From: an uncultured virus (IMG/VR IMGVR_UViG_3300025789_000022)
Taxonomy: Duplodnaviria > Heunggongvirae > Uroviricota > Caudoviricetes
DNA length: 64,000 nucleotides
Reading direction: 5' to 3' (one strand)
IMG/VR virus record: IMGVR_UViG_3300025789_000022
The translations under genes were made by a program, and so were the position numbers. Shown here piece after piece: positions 29,668 to 37,366 of this stretch. Below the pieces are notes generated by a model. It did no database searches. It saw only the letters and a program-made list of their open reading frames with translations, and was not told where the DNA came from. How positions within the stretch are numbered: position 1 is the first letter of the stretch; each line of letters starts with the position of its first letter.

Positions 29668-30050
29668 TTGTATCACTATCTCACCGAGAATTACAAAATT
29701 ATAAAATAGTTGTTGGTGATAAAGAATTTACAAATCAATCAGCAGATATATTACTGATTGATTCTATTATGACAAGGATATACTTTGAACCATATAAAAT
29801 AAAACCACTATTAAGAATAGATAATATGCTTGTAAATTATTGGTTAGCAGATGTTACGCAATATGACCACATGTTAGAGTTTACTATTTCAAATGATTTT
29901 TGGATTAAATATTATAATAAAGAAACACAAAATCAAATAAATTTTGCCAATACCAATTATAAAAATGACCCCATGGCAATTGACAAATATGTTGGTATTT
30001 TTGATTCAAGTAACCTAATAAAAATTATAAGAGATAACTTAATTGGATAA
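29664..30050 (+). CDS. Hypothetical protein (low-GC island)
   Basis: 128-aa ORF coupled to gp46 by an ATGA overlap and overlapping the radical SAM gene. Confidence 0.65.
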   Translation: MIVSLSHRELQNYKIVVGDKEFTNQSADILLIDSIMTRIYFEPYKIKPLLRIDNMLVNYWLADVTQYDHMLEFTISNDFWIKYYNKETQNQINFANTNYKNDPMAIDKYVGIFDSSNLIKIIRDNLIG

Positions 30051-31476
30051 TATTTTACTAGTAACAGTACCAAAGCAAGATTTAAATAACCCACCTGCGG
30101 CACTGGGAATATTAAGTGCAATTTGTATACAAAACAGTATTGAACCACGTATACTAGATTTAAATCAAATTTTATCTAAAGAACTAACTGCTGACGAATG
30201 GCAAGATTTAGATGTTAAAAGTGCTCTTGGTAATAACATCCCACAGTTAAATTTACTGTTAAAACAAAAAATAAACGATATTTTTACCAAAGAATTAAAA
30301 AAACATATCAATAAACATACACAATTTATTGCAATAAGTGTTTTTACTTTTGAAAGTATCGTATCTACAGATATCTTATTAGAATGTTTAAGTGATATAA
30401 ATGTAGAAGTTATTGTTGGTGGCACAGGATTAGAATCTGTTTTTAACAATAAACCTTATTACGAAACAATTGCTGATGCGGTAGATTATATTGTGCTTGG
30501 TGATGGTGAAATAAGTTTTGATATGATATTAAAAAGACAATGCGACAAAAAAATAGTAAAATACAGCAATGATCGTGATTTAAATAATTATCCGTTACCA
30601 GATTATACCAAGTTTCCTAAACAAGATTATAGTTGGAATAAGGTTTATATAACTGGAAGTCGTGGATGTGTACGTAGTTGTACATTTTGTGATGTTGCAA
30701 ATTATTGGCCACAGTTCAGATATCGTGATGCAGACCTGTTAATTGAAGAAATTCGTAAACATGTCGGTGAGACTGGTGTGACACACTTTGAATTTACAGA
30801 TAGCTTAATAAACGGTAATATTTCAAATTTCTATAAATTTAATCAAAAATTAGCAGAACTTAAGATTAAAGATAGCAATCTTAAAGATGTTACCTATAGT
30901 GGACAATTTATTTGTCGTCCAGAAAAACAGATGCCAACACAGCATTATGAGGCAATGCATTATGCTGGTTGTAATCAAATAAGCATTGGTATTGAAAGTT
31001 TTAGCGAATCTGTGCGTAATCACATGAAAAAGAAATTTTCCAATGCTGATATTGATTATCACCTAGAGCAAAGTGCATATTGGGGTATACCAAATATTTT
31101 TTTAATGATTAGTGGTTACCCTACAGAAACACAAGCTGATCATGCAGAAAATATAAAATACTTGCACAAATATCAAAAATATGTTTACAGCAATACTATT
31201 TTTATGATAAGTTTTGGGTTTACAATGCACCTATTACACAATACGCCAATTATGAATATGATTGAAAACCTTGATATTAAAATACCAGATAATTCCATGA
31301 GTAATATATTTGATTGGGAAGTAGGCAATAATAATTTAAAGAATAGAATATTGAATAGACTTGAATTGCATGAAGTTGCATATAAACTTGGCTATAAAAT
31401 GCCAAGAAGCTACTCATATCTTAAATTTATAGAAGAACTTGCACAAAAAATAAGTAATGATAAAGAGGTTATATAA
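30043..31476 (+). CDS. B12-binding-domain radical SAM protein
   Basis: 'GSRGCVRSCTFC' (CxxxCxxC), N-terminal 'PPAALGILSA...IVGG...GDGE' domain, 'IGIESFS', 'GYPTET'. Confidence 0.88.
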   Translation: MDNILLVTVPKQDLNNPPAALGILSAICIQNSIEPRILDLNQILSKELTADEWQDLDVKSALGNNIPQLNLLLKQKINDIFTKELKKHINKHTQFIAISVFTFESIVSTDILLECLSDINVEVIVGGTGLESVFNNKPYYETIADAVDYIVLGDGEISFDMILKRQCDKKIVKYSNDRDLNNYPLPDYTKFPKQDYSWNKVYITGSRGCVRSCTFCDVANYWPQFRYRDADLLIEEIRKHVGETGVTHFEFTDSLINGNISNFYKFNQKLAELKIKDSNLKDVTYSGQFICRPEKQMPTQHYEAMHYAGCNQISIGIESFSESVRNHMKKKFSNADIDYHLEQSAYWGIPNIFLMISGYPTETQADHAENIKYLHKYQKYVYSNTIFMISFGFTMHLLHNTPIMNMIENLDIKIPDNSMSNIFDWEVGNNNLKNRILNRLELHEVAYKLGYKMPRSYSYLKFIEELAQKISNDKEVI

Positions 31477-32180
31477 TGGAAGATACGTTTACATATGAAA
31501 ATTTTTTTGATAGAGAACATATCAGTTCTGTTTTATCAGAATGTATGAATAATGGCGTATCAAAGGATTTTATTAATAAAACTGGTATGTTCAAAGATCA
31601 ACTAATAGCCAAAGAAAAAAGTTTTGCAAATGTTGAAACTGAAGATAATTTACCAAATTTGAAAATTTTACTTCAAAAAATCAAAACTATATTTGATTTT
31701 CCAGTTGAATTTTCTACTGTAAATTTTCAAATTTTATATTTGCCGTGGGATATTCATTGTGATTGGAAACCAGCAGATGAAGATCAAAGTTTATATAATT
31801 TACTAATTCCACTTCAAGATGCAGACAGTAGAACTTTTATTTTTGATCAAAATAATGCTGGTTTAAATTCAAAACATTTTTATGCATACAAAGAGCAAAA
31901 ACAAAAGTGTTTAAATCCTGTGCCTGTAGATATTTGGAATGAAAATTTAAATTTTTGCTGGCCAGAAGACAGGGAATATTTAAGTATTAAAGAAATAATG
32001 CCATATCAACGTGCTGGTCAACTACAAGGTTTTTTACGCAATCATTATCACAGCAGCGATAATTTTCACTTAAAAGGCGCTAGTCCAAAATATTTTATTC
32101 AAATTATTGTTGATAAAGCTGGTCACAATAATCAAAAATTTAAAAAGAGTTTAAAAAAGTATTATGCCAAGCGCAAGTAA
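31476..32180 (+). CDS. Putative 2OG-Fe(II) oxygenase-like protein
   Basis: HxD ('IHCD') plus a distal His ('HYHSS'); TAATG-coupled to the radical SAM gene. Confidence 0.45.
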   Translation: MEDTFTYENFFDREHISSVLSECMNNGVSKDFINKTGMFKDQLIAKEKSFANVETEDNLPNLKILLQKIKTIFDFPVEFSTVNFQILYLPWDIHCDWKPADEDQSLYNLLIPLQDADSRTFIFDQNNAGLNSKHFYAYKEQKQKCLNPVPVDIWNENLNFCWPEDREYLSIKEIMPYQRAGQLQGFLRNHYHSSDNFHLKGASPKYFIQIIVDKAGHNNQKFKKSLKKYYAKRK

Positions 32181-32679
32181 AAACAAAGGCAATAGTTGGG
32201 AACGTGATGTTGCCAAGCACCTTACTAATTTGTATGGTGAAACATTTATTCGTGCACCAGGTAGCGGAGCATATGTTGGTGGCACTAACACCAAACGTAA
32301 ACAATTCTTACACGAAGGACAGATTCGTTCGTTCAAGGGTGACATTATACCTGGTCAAAGTTTTCCTAAGTTTAATGCAGAATGTAAAAGTTATGGTGAT
32401 TTTCCCTTCCATCAACTGTTTGGTGGTGAATGTAAGCAGCTAAATGTATGGTTAGATCAGTTGTTAGATGCCAGTGATGAAGGTGACTTTAATATTCTTA
32501 TTATGAAATTTAATCGCAAAGGCAAATTTGTAGCAGTTGAGTTTGATTCTTATTATGATGTGCCACTATTTGTAGAGAATCATATGCTTTATCAATATAA
32601 AGAACGTCGTTGGGCAATCATGGATTATGATCGTTTTTGGACGTTGAATAAAGATTTTGTATCGCTTGCATGTAGTTAA
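32164..32679 (+). CDS. Holliday junction resolvase-like PD-(D/E)XK nuclease
   Basis: 'SKNKGNSWERDVA...GSGA...GDII...AECK' pattern. Confidence 0.75.
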   Translation: MPSASKNKGNSWERDVAKHLTNLYGETFIRAPGSGAYVGGTNTKRKQFLHEGQIRSFKGDIIPGQSFPKFNAECKSYGDFPFHQLFGGECKQLNVWLDQLLDASDEGDFNILIMKFNRKGKFVAVEFDSYYDVPLFVENHMLYQYKERRWAIMDYDRFWTLNKDFVSLACS

Positions 32680-32689
32680 TAAATAAATT

Positions 32690-32780
32690 TGTAACGCCGC
32701 ATATAGTGGCGTCGGCAATAAAAAACGACGCAGGGATTGTTATCCTTTATCGGGCAAAATAGCCAAGAGACGCCGTGCTG
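32690..32780 (+). ncRNA. Candidate structured small RNA with mutually exclusive stems
   Basis: GC-rich intergenic block directly after TAAATA (32680-85), with several complementary segments (see findings). Confidence 0.5.
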
Positions 32781-32802
32781 TATGCAGTTATGCTAACATA
32801 AA

Positions 32803-32831
32803 TTGACAAAAAACTAGTAGTAGGTTAAAGT
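32803..32831 (+). promoter_or_regulatory. Sigma70-like promoter, leaderless
   Basis: TTGACA-N17-TAAAGT, 6 nt before ATG 32838. Confidence 0.7.
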
Positions 32832-32837
32832 TAAAGT

Positions 32838-33950
32838 ATGTTAGACCCAACAACACTGCCACCACAAGTTCATAATTTTGGATTTTGGCTTGTAGACAAT
32901 GACATTGTTTTTAGTAAAGTAAAAAGTGTTTTAGCTGCCCAGCAGAAAAATACCAACAATATTCGTTTTTATTATCATGACCATACTTTCAACCGCATTG
33001 ACTGGACAATTGAACCTGCACAAACATTGACAGAGTTATATAAAGAAAGAGCATTGCAGCTAAGAGAAAATTATGATCATGTTGTATTACTATATAGTGG
33101 CGGCAGTGATAGCAGTAATGCCCTAAAAACTTTTATAAACAATGATATTAAGTTAGATGAGGTTTTTTGTTGGTATACTAGTCACAATGAACACAAAAAT
33201 CTTACTAATCTTGAAATTATACACTCTGCCAGTGGCATGTTAGAAAAAGTTCAAGGGTTAGGCATAACAGTAACTAAAATTGATGAAAATCCATACTTTG
33301 ATAAAACTGATTTAAAAAATCCAGAATGGACTCTATCTGCCGAACCTAATCTAGTTTCTGCTCAAATTAACAAATTAAAGATTTTCCAAGAGAATAAATC
33401 ATGGCGAACACTTGCAGATAGTGGTAAGAAGATAGCAATTATACTTGGACTAGAAAAACCAAGAATTTTTTACGATAGCGGTAAATGGGTATCTGCATTC
33501 TTAGATGTATCAAATGCATGGAATTGGGAAGAATTACATACTCTTCCTCAACCATTTACACTAGAACCATTCTATATTAGCCCACATTCTCCACTTATAA
33601 CCATTAAACAATCTCACATAGTTAAAAATTATATCAATAAAACATATAGTGTTGACTTTATAAATGATAATTTCAGCAAGCATAGGTTTAATCAAGAACT
33701 ATATTATATAATAGTTAGAAACACATGCTATCCATATTGGGATGATAATACGTTTAGTATTGGAAAAGACGTGCCTGTGTTAAAAGAAAAGTATCGTTGG
33801 GTATGGGATAGTAATACACAGTTATCACAGGATTATTTTTCTGGATTGCATTGGGTTGAAAAAAATATAGATTCGCAGTTTTTCAATGGTGGAAAAATAT
33901 ACAATGGATTAGTAGGTTCTTGGTCACGATGGTATAATTTAGATGCTTAA
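32838..33950 (+). CDS. PP-loop (adenine nucleotide alpha-hydrolase-like) protein
   Basis: 'VVLLYSGGSDS' PP-loop; substrate unknown. Confidence 0.7.
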   Translation: MLDPTTLPPQVHNFGFWLVDNDIVFSKVKSVLAAQQKNTNNIRFYYHDHTFNRIDWTIEPAQTLTELYKERALQLRENYDHVVLLYSGGSDSSNALKTFINNDIKLDEVFCWYTSHNEHKNLTNLEIIHSASGMLEKVQGLGITVTKIDENPYFDKTDLKNPEWTLSAEPNLVSAQINKLKIFQENKSWRTLADSGKKIAIILGLEKPRIFYDSGKWVSAFLDVSNAWNWEELHTLPQPFTLEPFYISPHSPLITIKQSHIVKNYINKTYSVDFINDNFSKHRFNQELYYIIVRNTCYPYWDDNTFSIGKDVPVLKEKYRWVWDSNTQLSQDYFSGLHWVEKNIDSQFFNGGKIYNGLVGSWSRWYNLDA

Positions 33951-35253
33951 TCTATTATTATTTTCAATATTGGGGTGTATTGCCGGAACTGTCACTGGTG
34001 CAGTACCTGGTTTATCTAACAGTGTTTCATTAATAATACTTTATCCATTACTATCTTTATTACAAGCTAACGAAATTGTTGCTTTTTATATCTGCATGGT
34101 CACCACTACACAGTATTTTGGTAATGCTGCTGCAACTTTATTAGGAATACCAACAGAACCTACTTGCTTACCAAGTGCCAAAGAAGGTTATAGTTTAACA
34201 CGTCGTGGTAACGCAAGCGAAGCATTAAGCAGTGGTGCTATTGCAAGTTTCTGTGGCAGTTTAATTGCAGTGTCTTTTAGTTTAATAATATTTTTTATAG
34301 GAAATAACTATTCATTATTATATAATTTCAAATTACAATTTTTTATTATAATCTTTACATGCTTAATTACGGTGTTTTCAAGTTCAAATAAACATGTCAT
34401 TAGTTTTTTATTATTAATATGTGGTTATGTTTTAGGAATGATTGGTGTAAATTCAATTACACGAGAATCATTTTTAACATTTAATAATTCTTATTTGGTC
34501 AGTGGCATACCACCAATTATATTTTTAGTATTTTTATATAGTTTACCATCATTAATTGCGTTTGAACGTAAAAATATTAAAAATAATATATTTGAATCAA
34601 TCACGTATAAGTTTGTATTGCCAGTAACAACTGTTATTCGTAGTTCAATTATTGGATTTATCTGTGGATTTATTCCTATGCTAGGTATTGTTATAAGCAG
34701 TAACTTATCTTACAGTATTGAACGGTTTGTCAATCACAAGACCTATAATAATAACGGCGATATTCGTGGACTAGCAAGCAGCGATGCGGGACATAATAGT
34801 GGGTTAGTTGCAAGTTTAATACCATTGTTTTGCTTGGCAATACCTATTACAGCAAGTGAGTATATACTATATGATCTTACAACATATCGTGGTTTAATCT
34901 ATAATTATACATGGTTAACTGCAAACTATGTATGGATTTTTAGTATTTTTATACTAGCAAATTGCGTTGGTGTGGCAATAAGTTGGCCATTGTCTATTAC
35001 ATTAATGCGAATTATTGTACGATATATGGAACATTTTAAATACTTTGGTATTGCTTTATTAATTATTGCAGTATTATATGTTGGAATTATCACCAATCAA
35101 TTACAATTTTTTATTATATTAAGCGCAGTTTTTTTACCATTGGGGTTATTACTGCGTAAATTTGATTTACTGCCATTACTGTTAGGATTTATGTTATCCC
35201 AACAATTTGACAGTATAACAAGAATAGTTTATAGTTTATACATAAAAGGATAA
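33943..35253 (+). CDS. TctA-like tripartite tricarboxylate transporter permease
   Basis: Highly hydrophobic; 'GTVTGAVPGL', 'YFGNAAATLLGIPTEP', 'EGYSL', 'ASSDAGHNS', 'LAIPITASE' and 'PLLLGFML' follow TctA motifs. Confidence 0.75.
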   Translation: MLNLLLFSILGCIAGTVTGAVPGLSNSVSLIILYPLLSLLQANEIVAFYICMVTTTQYFGNAAATLLGIPTEPTCLPSAKEGYSLTRRGNASEALSSGAIASFCGSLIAVSFSLIIFFIGNNYSLLYNFKLQFFIIIFTCLITVFSSSNKHVISFLLLICGYVLGMIGVNSITRESFLTFNNSYLVSGIPPIIFLVFLYSLPSLIAFERKNIKNNIFESITYKFVLPVTTVIRSSIIGFICGFIPMLGIVISSNLSYSIERFVNHKTYNNNGDIRGLASSDAGHNSGLVASLIPLFCLAIPITASEYILYDLTTYRGLIYNYTWLTANYVWIFSIFILANCVGVAISWPLSITLMRIIVRYMEHFKYFGIALLIIAVLYVGIITNQLQFFIILSAVFLPLGLLLRKFDLLPLLLGFMLSQQFDSITRIVYSLYIKG

Positions 35254-35256
35254 CAC

Positions 35257-36120
35257 ATGAAAACTACTATTACAACATTATTAATACTTTCCAGTATTAC
35301 CACAGCAAACGCATTTGATATTACCGTAGGAGTACCGCCAGGTGGAACCAGCGGTAGAACTGCCATTGTAATGCAAGATTCCTTACAAGACAGTGATATT
35401 AAATCAAATATCAATTATAGTCCAAATTGTGCTGTTGTTAAGGCGCAGATTGAACGTGGTGAAAAAGTTGTATATATTAATACAGATCAGGGATTATTTG
35501 ATAAAGCATGTCATCTTGATATTAATGGTAAGAATGTTAAAATATTAGACGAGTTGTATTATTATACCATTGCGTTGTGCTACCGTAGTGACAGAACTAA
35601 TCTAGGATGGGATAACTTTAAAAACAATAATATCAAGAAAAATGTTGCATCGGCTATCATTTACACTGATACTTTGCATAAGATATTTGATAAAATGAAT
35701 ATAACCAATACAAGTATCGTGCCTGTTGGAAGTCTTGGCAAAACTCGTGAGGTAATTTTAGGAAATGAATTTGATTATGCACTAGTAGACGCAGATTGGG
35801 TTTCACAAAATAGTGATAAGGTAGATTGTTTGTTTATTGGTACAGAAAAAGATGTTACTTTAAACGGCAAGACGTTTAAATCATTGCCTACCTATTTGAA
35901 AAATAATCATGGCATTATTAACTCACCGCAATTACAAGATGCGTTTATTCTTATTGGTGCAAATTTATCAAGTGAAGAAGAAAGCAAAGTAATGGATGAA
36001 ATGGCAAAAATTCGCCGCAATTCAAAGTGGTATAACTTTGTAACTCAATTTGGCAAGGCAGAATTGCATGCATCGGATAAGAAATATCAAGAATTAGAAA
36101 ATACTTTAGAGGGAAAATAA
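35257..36120 (+). CDS. Secreted solute-binding protein, TctC/Bug-like (divergent)
   Basis: Signal peptide (…TANA|F), then 'ITVGVPPGGTS' resembling the Bug PxGG motif; directly after the TctA-like gene; AAGGA RBS. Confidence 0.6.
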   Translation: MKTTITTLLILSSITTANAFDITVGVPPGGTSGRTAIVMQDSLQDSDIKSNINYSPNCAVVKAQIERGEKVVYINTDQGLFDKACHLDINGKNVKILDELYYYTIALCYRSDRTNLGWDNFKNNNIKKNVASAIIYTDTLHKIFDKMNITNTSIVPVGSLGKTREVILGNEFDYALVDADWVSQNSDKVDCLFIGTEKDVTLNGKTFKSLPTYLKNNHGIINSPQLQDAFILIGANLSSEEESKVMDEMAKIRRNSKWYNFVTQFGKAELHASDKKYQELENTLEGK

Positions 36121-36653
36121 TGCACTATCAACTATTGCCTAATTTACCAATGGTACCACAAGAACTAATAGATGCAACATTAAATTTAATCGATAAGCAA
36201 GATTTATTGTATTATCTTAACTCGGTGTCACGTCCTATAAGCAGTTTAAATAAAAAATTTCCACGAACTATGTTGCATCCTGATTTAGAAACATGGTTGC
36301 GTAATAATATTATTGATGGTGCAAACAAGTATGAATTAGCCATTACACTTGATGATAATGATGCTCATTCAATATTACCACACACAGACCGTGCCAGAGA
36401 ATACACAATAATATATTTGTTGCAAAGTGGCGGCGAGGATCATAAAACTGTTTTTTATGAAAGCAAAACAATAAAAAATATAGACAAGATGATGACTTTC
36501 GATTATAGTGATCTTATAGAAGTAGATAGTATTGTTGTTCCAATTGAAAAATGGACTATTCTCAACGCACAAGAAATTCACAGCGTTGAAAACATTCCAC
36601 ATACCAGAATTGCAATACAGATAAGCATGGATCACAATCCTTGGGCGTCATAA
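36120..36653 (+). CDS. 2OG-Fe(II) oxygenase-like protein
   Basis: 'LPHTD', 'EIHSVEN' and 'RIAIQI' give the HxD...H...R pattern. Confidence 0.6.
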   Translation: MHYQLLPNLPMVPQELIDATLNLIDKQDLLYYLNSVSRPISSLNKKFPRTMLHPDLETWLRNNIIDGANKYELAITLDDNDAHSILPHTDRAREYTIIYLLQSGGEDHKTVFYESKTIKNIDKMMTFDYSDLIEVDSIVVPIEKWTILNAQEIHSVENIPHTRIAIQISMDHNPWAS

Positions 36654-36689
36654 AAATTTTATAATTCAATACAAAATGCATAACTACTA

Positions 36690-36950
36690 TTAGGCAATTC
36701 AGGCACATTAGGCAACCAGTCCCCCCATACGAGATACTCTAGAAGGTTGGCAGCACTCCGATAATTGCGGCAACAGGGACAAGGCACAAAAAACGACGTG
36801 GCTCTGAGAAAAAGCAACCACAGCAGTATTATGTTCGCTAACAAGGGCATAAATCACTGATCCGCTGGAATAATCTACTAGACTAAGGGAGTACAGGCTA
36901 GCCGCTCCGCTCAATAACATGAGTTCTTTTTGTTAGTATCGTCCTGAAAA
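36690..36950 (+). ncRNA. Candidate large structured non-coding RNA
   Basis: GC-enriched region without a credible CDS; multiple stems and a loop-to-distal pseudoknot; preceded by CATAACTA. Confidence 0.55.
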
Positions 36951-37057
36951 ACTCATATGAAGCATTTCTGGTGATATAGGTTCCAGAAATGGAATCTATA
37001 TACAAACCCTCAAATCTATATGAAACATTAAAGATTAATTATAAAGAAGAATTAAAA

Positions 37058-37114
37058 GAGCGAAGCGAAAGGTGAACGAGCGATAGCGAGTGAACTGATA
37101 GGCGAAGCCTATCA
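37058..37114. other. GCGAAGC mini-hairpin cluster / primosome-assembly-site-like element
   Basis: GAGCGAAGCGAAAGGTGAAC and GAGCGATAGCGAGTGAAC repeats, then the perfect hairpin TGATAGGC-GAA-GCCTATCA. Confidence 0.45.
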
Positions 37115-37120
37115 TAATAG

Positions 37121-37160
37121 ATTAGAAGTAATTAGAAGTAATTAGAAGTAATTAGAAGTA
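37121..37160. repeat. Perfect tandem repeat (ATTAGAAGTA)x4
   Basis: Directly visible; the last copy contains the stop codon of the 37152-37346 ORF. Confidence 0.98.
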
Positions 37161-37346
37161 TGGCAATCCGCTCTTCTTTGTAGTTTCCATGTGTTCCTCA
37201 ACAATTTTAGCAATAAGATTTCGTTCAGTGACACTCATATTCATAGCTTCTGTATATGTAACACCACCACGCATATGCCAACACATTTGAAGGATGTTAG
37301 ATTTTATTTTTTTAATATCACTTTCATACTGATCCACTAGCGACAT
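37152..37346 (-). CDS. Small baseplate/tail assembly protein, probably the -1 frameshift extension of the upstream gene
   Basis: 'CWHMRGGVTYTEAMNMSVTER' resembles the short gp51/GT-type chaperone segment; no clear SD; the frame is open back to the slippery site. Confidence 0.7.
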   Translation of the reverse strand: MSLVDQYESDIKKIKSNILQMCWHMRGGVTYTEAMNMSVTERNLIAKIVEEHMETTKKSGLPYF

Positions 37347-37366
37347 GATTTCATCATGAGAAAGGT

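Noticed and set aside
32690..32790. tRNA, tmRNA or RiPP precursor peptide
   Set aside because: No cloverleaf, T-loop or CCA end and no tag reading frame; the only short ORF (GTG, 18 codons) has no RBS.
36659..36920. Minus-strand ORFs of 63 and 70 aa
   Set aside because: They overlap each other, lack an RBS, have atypical composition, and are better explained by the structured non-coding element.
36870..36946. Group I intron core (AGACTA ... GTATCGTCC resembles R/S elements)
   Set aside because: P7 pairing is incomplete and no interrupted gene flanks it; kept only as an unassigned structured RNA.
37121..37160. CRISPR-like array
   Set aside because: 10-bp units with no spacers, and no cas genes.
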